This document shows positions 24,044 through 38,279 of a DNA stretch of 64,000 nt, one piece after another. The notes below the pieces were generated by a model. It was not told the DNA's origin and ran no database searches. It worked only from the letters and a program-made list of their open reading frames with translations. This stretch comes from Azolla caroliniana (taxonomy: Eukaryota > Plantae > Polypodiophyta), in NCBI GenBank assembly GCA_043228905.1, contig JBHGNT010000022.1, forward strand, positions 12,276,001 through 12,340,000, read 5' to 3'. Both the position numbers and the translations under genes were made by a program. How positions within the stretch are numbered: position 1 is the stretch's first letter; every line of letters starts with the position of its first letter.

Positions 24044-25727
24044 GTTTTATTAGAATTTTCCACCTCATTATCTCATATAGGTGTTATTCAATATTTGAAG
24101 GTCAGGGAGTGTTGAAGGCATTATCAATACTCGGGGTGCGAGAGAAGGAAGGCCTCAATATTGAGGAAACTCTTGGGAACGGCTTCCTTGAGGGCAATTG
24201 GTATGTGAGATTTGTGCGTCTCAGAGAGGGCCTCATACTCGAAGGTAAAATGGACAACACTTGTGTGAGGTCCAGTCTCTTTGACGTGGAACGTGCCTTT
24301 GTAGTGTTTAACAAGGATACCAACAAAGCCGCCTTCAATTATATCAACCTTTACAGAAAGGGCATGTGAGTCGAGTTCGAGGATCTTCTCCTTGGTGAAC
24401 AAGACAAGTTGCCCAGGGTGCTTCTCTACGGAGTTCTTCTCAACATAGCCTATGGGGAAAGGTAAGGTAAATAAACAAGGGAAGGTGTTACAATTGATGG
24501 TGAGAGAGCGAAAAGAAATGTATATTATGAATAAACAACATACTCTTCACAAAGTGGATGGTACGAATGGAACCCACTTCGAAACTAGCACCCTCATACT
24601 CAACTCGCTCCACAACGTCAGGGGACGCTTTGGGTAGAACTGAATGGGCATCCTCGAATGCGGCCTTCCACACTCTCTGGGCTGACACATTCAACTCCAC
24701 CTTGTCGCTATACACCTCTACCGTCATCTTTTGTGTTAGTGTGTATGATATAATAGATTTTGTATTAGTATGTATAGTTCACTATTTCTTGATGGAATAT
24801 GTATACAACATCTGCTCATCTTCACATCCATTGCACACATATTTATAGGCACAATCCCCACTCACATTGTCATAGGACTTTAGTTTTTCTATATTTTGAA
24901 TACATTCCATATAAAACACATTGTGGCTCGAGAGTTTTCTAGAAGAAAAGTTTTCAAATCTCCACATTCCACTTTCATCCTTATATTCAAAAAGTGTAAT
25001 TCAAGTGGGGAGAGCTGAACCTTGCAAGACTACACATTCTCACTTGAATAACATGCAAACAAAATGAAGGAAAAGAAAAGAGCAAAAAACCATTCCAATC
25101 AATGGAAGATTTGTTAATGACAATGTTTTGGTCACACAACAATTGGTTTCCGCACACACTACTACACATTCTACATGAAAATACTTTATATTCAGTTCGT
25201 GATCAAATATGCTAAGCCACACATTGATTGCTTGTCTATGTAGTATATTCTTCTTTTATGAAGATAAGGATTATTTAACATTGAATGAATGGAAAAGACG
25301 GTATAATTGAATGTAGAAAGAATAATATTTTTGCATTGATTTAAACGTACTTTATCGTTCTTTACAATCTTCAACATGGTTAGTGAAGGTTTCAAAACGT
25401 GACCATAAAAGTACTATACGTATGAGAAGATAGAAATAATGGAATCAAGTTATCAATATAAACAAATGGTTCATCACTTGTTGCTCACAAAATAAAACAA
25501 TTTCTATTTTTTAGAGCCATTGATCAGAGAAACAAATTGAAGGGCATTGGATTACATTTAGCAATATCTTGATGGATTTATATTGTATGCATATTGCCGA
25601 TTCTCTTGAATTGCGCTAGCTTATTATTAGTGAATTTCCTAGCAAAAAGGAATTTTCATACATTTTGTAATTATGTGTGGCATATGTAAAGTCATTGATT
25701 TTTAGGAAATGACAAGTCAAATGGGCA
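24044..25727. repeat. Near-identical segmental duplicate of 53109-54793 (PR-10 gene plus ~1 kb upstream)
   Basis: By eye the coding exons are identical, with only a handful of substitutions or indels over ~1.7 kb. Confidence 0.93.
24124..24727 (-). CDS. PR-10/Bet v1-like protein, copy 2 (exons 24544-24727, 24124-24449; 169 aa)
   Basis: Same structure as copy 1: 184+326 nt exons, GT..AG intron at 24450-24543, intact ORF. Confidence 0.92.
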
Positions 25728-28495
25728 TCGAGAGTCAGGTGGCCAAATTCGGTAAGAAAGCCGAAATGGGATTCGATTGAATGGGAGTCGGCCGAATAGA
25801 AGTTCAAACGAACATATACATATATATGTATATGAGATGAGTTAGTATATATAGTGAGAGTCGAACTAGCTCCGTTTGTATGTGGGATAACTCACTGAGA
25901 GTAAAAATAGTGAGTAAAAGCGCAAAAGTGAACTTAAGTGAGTAAGTGAGCGCGTGAGGGAAAAATAGAAGGTGTTGCTAGTGTAGAGTGATATAGAGAA
26001 CGACAAAGAGCTAACATAGTAGTGGTTGTGCGAGTGCCATACTTCAAAAGCTAGCGTGAGAGGAAACAAAGGAAGAAGAGTGTAAAAGAAAGAAAAGAAA
26101 AGACAAATCAAGAAGCCCTATAGGCTTCGAAAGAGATAGATACCTACGAGTTAGGGTTTGGTGCACTCGGCTGAAATTGTGGTTTCAGAGTACAACCATA
26201 CCAAATCAGGTTCTATCATTCTGTGATTGTATTTCGTTTTATCTCATAGTGGAAATTTCTATTCCCGTGGTTTTTCCCTGAAATCAGGGTTTTCCACGTA
26301 AATCATGTGCTACTTCTTTTATTTCTGTTTGTGTCTAAGTTTTTTGTGACTTCCGTCTGAGTGGAAATCATAAGAAATTGGTATCAGAGCAAGGTTCTAG
26401 ATGGAAGGGAATGTGAGTGGATTTCCAGGGATGATTGTCCTAAACTCACAAAAACTGGAAGATCTTCTGATAGTCAAAGATCTGTATGAGCATATAGAAA
26501 AGGAAGACATACCTAGAAGGGTAATAGAATTTGAGTGGAAAACTCTAAATAGAAAGGCAGTTGCAACCATAAGACAGTGTGTAGACATTACTGTTCTACA
26601 ACATGTGGGGCTGGTAAACTAGTTAGCATCAGCGAAGTTTCCTTTAGATGATGTTATGCAAGCCACACTACTACTATGTACTTTGCTTGACAATTGGGAA
26701 AACCTAATAGTGACACTCAATACGTCATGTAAAGAAGACAACCTATCTTTACAAGTAGTAAAAACAAGTATTCTAAATGAAGAGACAAGAAGAAAGGATA
26801 AAAGTGCCTTGTCTCAATCGGAAGCTAATGTGACCCAAGAACTTAGTAGAGGAAGAAGAGAACATAGAAGTTCAGAAAATGGAGATAAGTTTTATGGAAG
26901 GTCGAAATCTAGAGGAAGACCTACATGCTTCTATTGTGGGATGCCTGGTCACTTCCAAAAGAATTATCGACACCTTAGAAAGGACAAAGGCATGGTTGAT
27001 GAGGTTGAACCCAAAAAATAATCTGATGATAAAAACACCTCAACCATTGCAACTAGTGAGGAAGAGATGTTATTTATTTGTGAGCAAGTTAGCGTGAATC
27101 TTGCAAATGCAGAGTGCTCATGGGTAGTGGACTCCGGTGCATCATTCCACCTAACTCCCAAAAGAGAATGTTTCCCATCTTACACAACCAGTGACTATGG
27201 CTACGTAAGGATGGGAAATGACGGTGAATGCAAGATTGTGGGCATAGGAAATGTGTGTTTGCTAACATCTACTTGTTGGATGTTAACATTGAAGGATGTA
27301 CGCCATGTTCCGGATGTCAGATTGAATCTGCTATCGGCTGGACGGCTAGATGATGAAGGCTACAGTGGTAGCTTTCAAAATGGTACATGGAAGTTCTGTA
27401 AAGGGAGCCTAATTGTGGCTCGAGCCCAAAAACAGAACACATTGTATGTAATGAATGTAAAGTTGTGCCAAGATGAAACAAATGTAGTGGTTGACTCAGA
27501 TGGTGAGTTGTGGCATAAAAGGTTGGACACATGAGTGAAAGGGGAATGCATATCCTTGCTGAAAACGATTTTCTACCAGAGGTGAAAGGAATACACCTTG
27601 AAAGGTCTATGGACTGCTTGGCTGGAAAGCAAAATAGAACAACCTTTCACTCTAGGCCTCCGATGAGAAGAGAGCATACCTTAGAACTGGTTCACACAGA
27701 TGTGTGTTATGTGGATGCCCCATCACACCATGGTGGAAATTACTTGGTCACATTTATTGATGATTTCAGCAGAAAGGTGTGGCCATTTGTATTGGTGTCT
27801 AAAGACCAAGTGTTGTCGGTCTTTAAAGAGTTTCATGCAAGGGCAAAAAGAGAATCCGGACAGAAGTTGAAGGTTGTCCGAACAGATAATGGTGGTGAGT
27901 TCAGAGGCCAATTTGAGATGTATTGCAAGACTCAAGGCATCAAACTTGAGTATAGGGTGCCGAAGACACCTGAGCTAAATGGTCTAGTAGAGAGAATGAA
28001 TTAGACCATAATGGAAAGGGTAAGAAGCATGTTGGCGCATGCAAAATTACCAAAGATGTATTGGGTTGAGGCAATGTTGACGACTGTCTACCTTATAACC
28101 AAGTCTCCCTTAGTACCTTTGAAGGGGGATGTCCCACAAAGAGTGTGGACAGGAAGGAATGTGTCTTATCAACATTTGAGGGTGTTTGGATGCTTGGCCT
28201 ATGTACATGTTGCTAAAGATTAGAGGTCAAATCTGGACAACAAGTCCAAGCCTTGTATATTCTTGGGGTACTCGGAAGATGAGTTCGGGTATAGAATGTG
28301 GGATCTCCTTGATAAGAAAGTGATAAGAAGTCGAGATGTTATATTCATGGAAGACAAGACAATTGAAGACTTGAAGTAACAAAGAACAGAGTCGTCTTCC
28401 CAATCGACTACTGTTATGGAGTCAACACTAGTCGATCCCACTCCCACACAACTAGTCTGCAGACAGCAGCCGGTTGATGAAGCCGAATTTGAGAA
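25728..28495 (+). mobile_element. Truncated Ty1/Copia (Tnt1/Tork-like): partial LTR, PBS, gag-PR-INT, no RT
   Basis: PBS tggtatcagagc (26379-26390). Motifs CFYCGMPGHFQK, WVVDSGASFH, LELVHTDVC, RTDNGGEF and LRVFGCLAYVH. Ends abruptly where the duplicated PR-10 upstream sequence resumes. Confidence 0.88.
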
Positions 28496-29487
28496 ACAAA
28501 ATAACACAATTTCTATTTTTTAGAGCCATTGATCAGAGAAACAAATTGAAGGGCATTGGATTAAGTTTAGCAATATCTTGATGGATTTATATTGTATGCA
28601 TATTGCCGATTCTCTTGAATTGTGCTAGCTTATTATTAGTGTAATTTTCCTACCAAAAAGGAATTTTCATACATTTTTTAATTATGTGTGGCATATGTAA
28701 AGTCATTGATTTGAAGGAAATGGCAAGTCAAATGGGCATGGAAGAATTTGTTACCTCTTTAAAAATGTTACTTCTCTAACTTGGGATATTGCCACGAAAT
28801 ATGCAACATGGATGGATTCGCACAATCACAAATTCTTTTTTTGGAGAGTTACTTTAAAACTAAAATAAGAGTTAGATCAATCAGTTTGTGAATTGCTAAG
28901 TGGATTTGGTGATAATGCCCACAACATCTTGGTACAATCACAAATTCCTTTTTATGAGAGTATCTTTAAAACTAAAATAAGACTTTAGATCAATCAATTT
29001 GTGAATTGCTAGGTAGAGTAGGTAATAGTATGAACATTTGGGTATTCTATTTGTGGCTTCTACAAGGTAGCGAATGGAGGGTAACCTTAGATGATATGGA
29101 ATTGACCAAATCCACAACTTCATTGATATGGCGGTATGGATCTTTTATTAATAACAATAAGTAGCTTCAATGATGTCTCGACATTTTACTTCTTTACAAA
29201 ACGGATGTCATCAAAGTCGCTCAACAAAACTTTATGAAAGACACGTGTCTTTTGCAGTTGGATCACATAGTCAAATTTTTTCGTATTAAAACTAGCACAT
29301 AACAAATATCCTTTGTCAGAGGAAAGTTTAGTAAGTGGGGAAATGCTTTAGTCGTTGAGTTGAGATGGTTCGTTGTTGATAAAAAAATCCATAGCCTCCT
29401 CAATCTTGTTACAACCTATTGGTAGACTAGTCCACATAATTTTTTACAAACATTTGTGATCAACCTACTTTTAGCTTTCCTAGCTCA
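28496..29487. repeat. More diverged copy of PR-10 distal upstream region (homologous to ~54555-55537; first ~240 bp also repeat ~25488-25727)
   Basis: Colinear direct repeat ending at tagctttcctagctca. Contains an internal ~115-bp tandem repeat that is also present in the other copy. Confidence 0.9.
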
Positions 29488-29607
29488 TACTGAGTCGACT
29501 GACTTAAATTGGCCGAAAAGCCAAAACGGGAGTCGGTTGGCCGAATTCGGTAAGAAAGCCGAAATGGGAGTCGACCGAATAGAAGTTCAAACGAATATAT
29601 ACATATA
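29488..29607 (+). mobile_element. 5' part of the Tork-like Copia LTR, interrupted by Copia B
   Basis: ggcc.aattcggtaagaaagccgaaatggga...gaatagaagttcaaacgaa.atata is shared with ~25730-25825. It is absent at the homologous empty site near 55537. Confidence 0.7.
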
Positions 29608-32600
29608 TGTTGAGCGGCAAGCTCAATTGGAGCCGGATCGGCTGAATAAGCCTGAGCTGGTGAGCGAGACGGATCGGTGAGCCGGTGAGCACCCGGTGAG
29701 CAAAGAGTCGGTGAGCTGGGGAGCTGGTTAGCCGTATCCATCAGTAACCGGAAGCCTAGTAGCAGCTAGACTACTAGGGAGTTATTACTCTCGTAGTTAG
29801 TGTCAGACGCTCGAGTGAGCATTGAAGTACACCGTACTTCTGTCAGTCCGTATGGCCTTGTATAAAAGTGTTCGCTGAACACATACTATGTACAGAGTGT
29901 TGATATAATTTTTTGAATAGTGATTCTCTTTCTGCTCTCTCTGTGTCTCTCCCGCGTACTATTAAGCTCTCCATTAAACATGTTCTCTGTTTTCTGTTTT
30001 CTATTGCTTTCACACGCTATTTGTTTTTACATGGTATTAGAGCGCGAGGGTTGAGAACCTTTGTAGTGACATACGCTTTCGCAAGAAGAAAACCTAACCT
30101 TTGAAAAGAACAAAAAAAAAACAATGGATTGAGGAATGGCTAGCTCGCTTCCTGTGCAGAAGCTCGACAAATCTAAATACGCATCTTGGTCATACAAGGT
30201 GCACTAGTACCTGCTTGGGCATGGCTACTGGAGCTATGTCAACAGAGCTAACGACATAGCACCTGATGCGGCACACAAGGACTTCCCGGTGTGGGAACAA
30301 TCGGCAAGCAGAGTGATGTACTGCTTTGCATCCAGTGTCAGAGACCAGCTGTTGAGCCACGTCCGAGATACCAAGACGCCGAAAGAGGCTTGGGGAAACC
30401 TAAAGAAGGTGTTCGCCGCAAGCACTACAGCTCGGAAGCTGCAACTCCGACAGGAGTTGAGCAATGTCCGACAGAAGGACATGTCGGTGGCTGATTACAC
30501 GGCCCAAATCAAAGAGATTTGTGACTCGCTTGCCTCTATCAACGTCACGATAGAGAAAGACGAGATGGTACAGATCTGTCTTGGGGGCTTGGCGTCTAAG
30601 TTCTGAGCTTTTCGGACAGCTATATGTACGAGGGAGAATACGCCGTCATTTTTCAACTTACAATCGATGCTCCTTGTAGAGGAGAACCACGCCGGTGCAT
30701 CAACAAGTGCACCCACCGACAACCGGATGTTGTACACGAAGGCGGATCAGCCCCATGGGCATGGTGGACGAGGCAGGTTGGCACGCAATAGAAGCGGCCG
30801 GCAAGGGCAAGACCAACAACACAGAGATCGTGCCGACAACAGTTTCGGGACTTTCACAAGCAAGGGGAGTCAAGGTGGAGCCGGAGGCCGGCAAGACAAA
30901 TCCGCCACGGAATGTTGGTACTGTGGCAAACAGGGCCATAGAGAAAGCGAGTGCTAGAAGAAGCGCGTCGATTCGGACAAATCTGGATCCGGCAAAACCG
31001 GTCGGGAAAACCGGCAAAGCTCGCACTACGCGCAAGGATCGAAAGGATCCGGAACCGGGAAGACCGGTAAGGGGCCAGCCTTGGTGATGAAACACGAGGC
31101 TAACTCGATGAAGAAGACCACTTCCAAATCGAAGGAAGTGTGGTACGTTGATTCCGGTGCATCAAATCACATGACGAACCACAAAGAGTGATTCTCCTTC
31201 TTGGAGAAACCGGAACAACCGGGAGTTGTCAAAACCGGAGATGACACTCCTCACCCAATCGTGCATGTCAGAGAAGTTCCCCTGAGCCACGTCGGACAAA
31301 GGGGGAAGCTGATGAATGTATTACACGTTCCGACTATCACGAAGAACCTAGTGTCGGTCGGACAGATCGTCGACCAAGGAATGCAGGTGCGGTTTACGCA
31401 CCTTGGGTGCTTCATCGAGGAGGAGGGCCAGATTATCGTGCAAGGGCGCAGAAATGGGAGGATGTTCATCCTCGACACCAATGACGTCGGCACCGCTTTG
31501 TTCGCCAAAGGACAAAAGGTCGAATCGGACATCGACCTGTGGCACAAGCGGATCGGCCACATCAATTCCCGGCGGCTTCAAGACTTGCAAACGAAACAAG
31601 TTGTTTTTGGTTTGCCGAAGTTTAGTGACCGGAAGGCCCAAGTATGTGAAGCCTGCCAACTCGGGAAGCAACACTGGCTTCCATTCCCCACCGAACAATA
31701 CCGTAGCCGTAACAAGCTCGATCTTATTCATTCGGATGTATGGGGACCGGCATAGAACGTGAGTCTTGGCGGGAGTCGATACTTCGTCTCCTTCATCGAC
31801 AACTATAGCCGACACACATGGATCTACCTCATTGAGCGGAAGAGCGAAGTCTTCAATAGTTTCCAGAACCTCCAAAGCATGGTGGAACAGGAATCGGAAA
31901 GGAAGATCGAGTGCTTGTGGTCAAATGGCGGAAAAGAATACTTTTCCGGCCAATTCAACAGTTATCTGCAGCAAACAGGAATTCGGAGAGAGTTCAGCTG
32001 CAAATACACACCGGAGCAAAATGGTGTGGCCGAAAGGAGGAACCGGTCGCTTGTTGACGCGACAAGTTCAATGTTGGAAGAGAAGAGCATGCCCCATTTC
32101 TATTGGGCGGAAGCGGTCCAAATGGCCATCTACATCCAAAACTGGATCAGTGACAAGGTGTCCGCGCATGAGCTGTATTTCGAACGCAAGCCGAATTTGA
32201 GACACCTTCGGATTTTCGGCAGCATAGCATATGTGCACGTGCCGGATGAGAAGCGGAGGAAGCTAGACGCAAAATCAGAGAAGTGCATCCTTGTCGACTA
32301 CTCACATGAGCAAAAGGGGTATAACTGTTATAACCCCCCGACGAAGCAGGTCTGAGTTAGCCGCCATGTTGAGTTTGATGAGACGACATCATGGTATGCC
32401 TTACCAGCTCCGACTTCTGACCCCGACCTGATATCGGAGGGTGAGGCTAGTGAGCCTGAACCGGCCCATTTAGAAGATGATGAATCCGGGACTCAAGAAG
32501 AGAGTCCGGAATCGTTTCGGTTGAGTGGGCCGAATGAGAGACTGGGTCAATTCAACCAGTCGGATGAGGAACCGGCGAGTAGTGAAGACTCTGTCGTGCT

Positions 32601-32984
32601 CTCCCCGCGCAAGGAACCGAGGAGACGATTCACACGCAAAGAGAAGGGGAAGAAGAAGATGCGGGATTATGAAATCGGTATTGATGAGTTGGATCGGAGC
32701 GGATCCCACTCCGGAAAGGAAGATGACGGTTCTTCGGCACCGAAGACCGAACCGGCCAAGAAGGGTCTCAAACCGGGTAACGGTGGGTTACGCCGGTCAA
32801 CCCGCCAGAAGGAACCTGTTAAGCGGTACGGTTACAATGAGTACATGGCGCATCACTATGCATACATGACCAAGGTGGCGGAAGTGCGTGAGCGGGAGAG
32901 CTACGCAAAAGTGGCAAAGGACGCACATTGGCGTGCCGCTATGGAAGAAGAGATGTGGGTTCTTGATGCCAACAATACATGGGA

Positions 32985-35900
32985 TGTTGTAGGCAAAGTC
33001 GTCTGTGCGGAAGATCAAGAAGCATTCGATTGCTGTTGAGTACCTGCGTATGACAGTTTGTAGGTCGTTGCACAGAGAGAGAGAGAGACAGAGAGAGACA
33101 GAGAGGCACAAAACAAATTTCTATTTCACAAAGCAATAATACAACACCCAACCTTACAAAAAGGTTACAAGGTCACTATATATAGTGACCGACTTAGTGC
33201 AACTACCCTTTATGCTAATTACATAAATGGCCAAAACGGGATAGTGTGAATACGTCCATTATACACATGTATTCGACACTCCCCCGTAATGGGCGTATAC
33301 ATGGGTTATCTAAGATTACAGGTATAGACTTAGGTTCTCGGACATATCAGCTTTGTTCGAGTCGGCAGGGTCCGAAGGCAGAAGACCGAACTGGTCGGGT
33401 CGGAACAGTTGAAGCCGATCATTAAGGAACTGATGTCGGTTGTCGGGAACCATCCTGCTCTGTGTCCGGCTCTAACCGGACTGGTTTGTCGTTACGCCCA
33501 TCTGATGCCGAAGAGACCGAAAACGGTCTGCCGAAAGACACTTGGTCATTCCATCTGCGACATTGTCGGTTGTGGATATTTTCTCTAGACCGATTTTCCC
33601 TGAAATGACGCATTCCCGAACGAAGTGATATCGAACGTCGATATGTTTGGAGGCGTTGTGGTGAACCGGATTTTTCGACAAGGCAACAGCACCTTGACTG
33701 TCGCTGTAGACAACTGGAGCCGAGTCATGGTCGACTTGTCGAAACGTGTGCGCCAGCCGACCGAGCCACAAAGCTTCTTTTGCTGCGTTGGACGCAGCTA
33801 CATATTCTGCTTCGGTCGTTGAGGTCGCTGTGCACTCCTAAAGTTTCGACTTCCACGAGATTGCTCCATTGCCGAATTTGAAGCAGTATCCGGTTGTTGA
33901 TTTCCGACTGTCTATACAGCCGGCGAAGTCCGAGTCGGTGTAACCGACTACGCCTGAGGTTCGGTTTGGACCGAAAAGGATGCCGTGGTCTTTTGTGCCA
34001 GCCAGATATCTGAACACATGCTTGACTGCGTTCCAATGCGATCGGCCAGGATTGTGCATAAATCTGCTAACGACTCCTACGGCGTGAGAAATATCAGGCC
34101 GTGTCGCGACCATCAGGTACATAAGGGAGCCGACTGCCGGTGCATACGGTACCGACTTCATATCTTCCCCCTCCGGACCGGATGTCGGGCAGTCTCGCTG
34201 AGAGAGCCGAAGATTCATGGGGAGCGGGGTTGAAGCAGATTTGGCTGATTGCATGTTGAAGCATTCTAAGACACGTCGGGTATAGTCGGTCTGAGACAAA
34301 AAAAGATGTCGTTTATCGCGATGCCGACTAATCTTCATGCCAAGGATGTGTCGTGCCGGACCGAGGTCCTTCATGGCAAACTTCAACCGCAGTTGCCGAA
34401 TGAGATCGGCAAGGTCGCCCGCGTGGCGTCCAGAAATTAGCATGTCGTCCACGTAAATGATGAGGAAGATGGGTGATCCATCTTGAGCTGTGTTGGTGAA
34501 AAGACAATGGTCCTCATCGCTTTTTGAGAAGCCGATCGATTGGATGAAGTCGTCGAACTTCTTGTACCATTGTCGCGGTGCCTGTTTGAGGCCGTATAGA
34601 CTCTTCCTGAGTCGGCAGACTAGATGTTCTTGGCCAGTCGCCACGAAGCCTTTTGGCTGCTCCATATAAATTTCCTCGTCAAGATCACCATGGAGGAAGG
34701 CTGTTTTGACATCTAGCTGAATCAGCTCCAAGTTGTCGGCTGCCACTACGCTGAGTAGGAAACGAAGGGTTGTCATTTTCACCACTGGTGAAAAAATCTC
34801 GTCGAAGTCGACGCCATATTCTTGTCGGAAGCCCTTCGCAACTAATCTGGCCTTGTACTTTGGGGTGGTCGAATCAGATGTCTCTTTTAGTCGATAAACC
34901 CACTTGCAAGGAAGAGCACGTCGGTTCCTAGGTAGTTCAACCAGATCCCAAGTCTTGTTTGCCCGAATGGAGTGCATTTCCGACTCCATCGCTAGATGCC
35001 AGGTGGCTGAATCGACAGATGTCGATGCTTCTTCGTAAGACGTCGGTTCGCCGGCGTCGGTGAAGAAAACTCCAGGAGAATACCTCTCCGGAGGTTGCGA
35101 CAGTCTCTCGGATCGTCGAGGTAAGATTGGACTGGTCGCATCGGGTATCAAGGTCGGATGGTCCGAAAGCGGATTGTTCTGCTGTGCCGAGTCGGGGTCG
35201 TCCGAGTCGGTAGTGTAAGGTTCAGCTACCCGTGAAGCTGACCGTGTGTTGAGAGCGGGGCCTTCTTGAAGGGTCGGCACATCAGAAAATGTTACCCTTC
35301 GGACTTCGATCGGTTTTTCGACTGATGGATTCATAGCCGACTCGTTGAACACAACGTCCGAACTTCGAACGATTTGTCTGCGTTCGGGGTCCCAGAGTCG
35401 GTATCCCATTTCGCCATCGGATCCATATCCAAGGAAAATGCATTTCCTGGACCGAGGTGCAAGTTTTCGGCGATCATCTTTCGGAATAAGGGCGTACGCC
35501 TCGCATCCGAAGATCCTCAGCTTGTCGTAATTCGGCTTACTGCCGATCCATAGTTCCTGAGGAATTTGAAGTCCTAGAGGTCTACTTGGCGACATATTGA
35601 TTATGTGTACTGCCGTGAGTAGAGCCTCTGCCCAGAAGCCATCCGACAGTCCGGAGTGTTGGAGCATGGAAACTGTCCGTTCTTGGATTGTCCGATTCAT
35701 GCGTTCGGCAATCCCGTTTTGCTCCGGACTGTGTGGTGCCGTAAATTCACGTCGAATGCCGCGTTGTCGGCAGAATTTGACGAATTCTTCGGATTTAAAC
35801 TCTCCCCCATTGTCTGTCCGAAAGCATTTCAGCTTTCGGTCGGTTTGATTTTCTACCATAGCGAGCCAATCGGTGAAGATCGAGAAGACCCGATCTTTGG

Positions 35901-38242
35901 TGCGAATTGGATAAGCCCACACCTTTCGAGTCGAATCGTCAATAAAAGTGACGAAGTAAGAGGCACCGCCGAGAGACTGATGCGGCATTGGGCCACAGAC
36001 GTCCGAGTGGACCAAATCGAGAGGTCTCGTTTCTCTTGGTGCTGATGTCGGGTGTGATCCGGCTGCTTGTTTGCCATACTGGCAATGCTCGCAGAATTGA
36101 TGGTCCGAGAAGGAGAGTTTGGGGATGTATCCGGCTCTAGATAGGTGCGTGATGCCGGCCTTGCTGAGGTGTCCTAATCTTCGGTGCCATAGTGATGACA
36201 CAGGAATATCCACCAAAAACAGGTTACCCTCTCTGAGCGTAACATGTAACGGATACAGTGAGTGTATCTTGGGTCCTCTAGCAAGCAGGAGGTTCCCCCT
36301 GTGGAGTGTCCACCCTCCCGAAGAAAAACCGGCACGAATGCCGTCTTCATCTAGTTGTCCGACTGAGATCAATGGCCTTGAGAGCTCGGGTACATGTCGG
36401 ACATTGTGGAGTACAAGTGTAGAGCCACCTGCAAGGTTGAGCTCTACTGTGCCAATTCCGATGATGTCACAGTGTTGTGAGTTGCCGACTCGAACTGAGT
36501 CGGAGTGACGGATCGTATATTGCCGAAATTGGGATCGATGAGGAGTCACGTGAAATGACGTGCCCGAATCTAAGAGCCATGTGCTCGATTCTTCAGTCGT
36601 GAGTAGAACTTCTGATCCGACTGGATTTTCGATTGATAGTATATTCGGGTCGTCCGGTAGTACATCCGCTGAGAAGCTGACGTAATTGATCTCCTCATGC
36701 CGGCCACTCTTCTTGTTGTTCTTGTTCTTGAGTGCGCGGCAGTCGGCTTTGATGTGTCCGGGTTTCTTGCAATAGTTGCAGATTCGGTTATCCCGTGATT
36801 GGCTCCGTCTTCGCTGATTGTTCGGCGGCCGTGAGGAATCTCTTCCTCGTATGTTCGATCGGTCTGTCGAACCTTGTACTACGTAAGCGTCTTCTGTTGA
36901 GTCTTTGGCGAAAGACTTTCTCCGAGCTGCTTCGGTCAAGATTGCGCTCGTGACTTCGGAGTATTTAACAGCCGTGGTTGACGCGTTGCACACGGTTGTG
37001 ACGAAAGTTTCCCATGATGAGGGAAGGCTGCTCATGAGTGTCATTGCTCTGAGTTCATCCTCGATTGCCGTCCCCTGTGACGAGATTTGGGAGCTTATGC
37101 TTTCGTACTCATTGAGGTGTGCTTGAACCGAATCGGATTCTTTCATCCGCAAGTTGTAGAGGCGCCGAATCAGAAACATCTTCGTTGCGGCGACCTTCTT
37201 TTCGTAAGTGTCCGACAGTGTTTTCCACAGTTCGAATGCTGTCGTACACGATTGCACCGTAAAGTATACCGATTCCGATAGGTGCATCCGAATCGTGGCG
37301 CGGACAATTCTGTCCAGCTTCTGCCACTCAATGGGTTTGTATCCTTCTGGAGGTTCTTCATTTTCGATGGGATCGATTTGCCCCTTGACTATGAGATAGT
37401 CCTGCATTTGTTCCTTCCAGAAGTTGAAGTTCGATCCATCGAACTTTCGTAGACTCATTTCTGACGAGCCGGATGTTGATGCCATCAAGTTCGGTTTTGG
37501 TTGACGAAGCTCGGTTCGGAGTTGACTACGAACCTTGTTGGAGTGCAGCCAGTTGGCTCACCCGATATCGTTCTAGTCGGATTTGAACCCGAGTCGGTTC
37601 GGCTTCGGAACTTGCTCGAATTGACTCCGGTAACTTGAGGGACAGAACCGACTGGTCTTCCCGAATGTTGCCGAGTCGGAGTGAGCCCGGTTCGCTTCGG
37701 ATATATATGCCGAATACCGATTATTGAAACCGATTATCTGGACCGATTCTGCTTCGGGTGGCTGCAGCGACGAGAGAGACAGATCCAACTGATCCTCCCG
37801 AATGTCGATCAGCCGGATGAAGCGCGAATTGGGGTTGTTGTCTTGAGACCGATCTGCACCGAGTGGTTACAACGAGCAGCGAGCAGCGTTTAATGACCTT
37901 TTCGGATGCCGTTTAACCGAGTGGAGCACGATCGTGTCAAAGTTGCACAAGGGGATTTCACCTCGAGCGGTTACGATCACAAGGAACGGAGTACAACCTG
38001 CTGGCTTACTCCAAGCAAAGATGATCTAACGCGATGAGATGCAGGCCTCGTTTTTCTTCTTCTTCTCTCTTCTTCGAATGACGCAGGAAACCGAATGCTG
38101 AGACGACGGCCGACAGCGGATTGAAGGACCGACTACTGTGCTCGCTCTGATACCAGATGTTGTAGGCAAAGTCGTCTGTGCGGAAGATCAAGAAGCATTC
38201 GATTGCTGTTGAGTACCTGCGTATGACAGTTTGTAGGTCGTT

Positions 38243-38279
<37 letters not shown>

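Noticed and set aside
23899-24369. Longer + strand ORFs overlapping PR-10 copies (also 42-425, 24558-24848, 53064-53435)
   Set aside because: Antisense shadows of the PR-10 exons.
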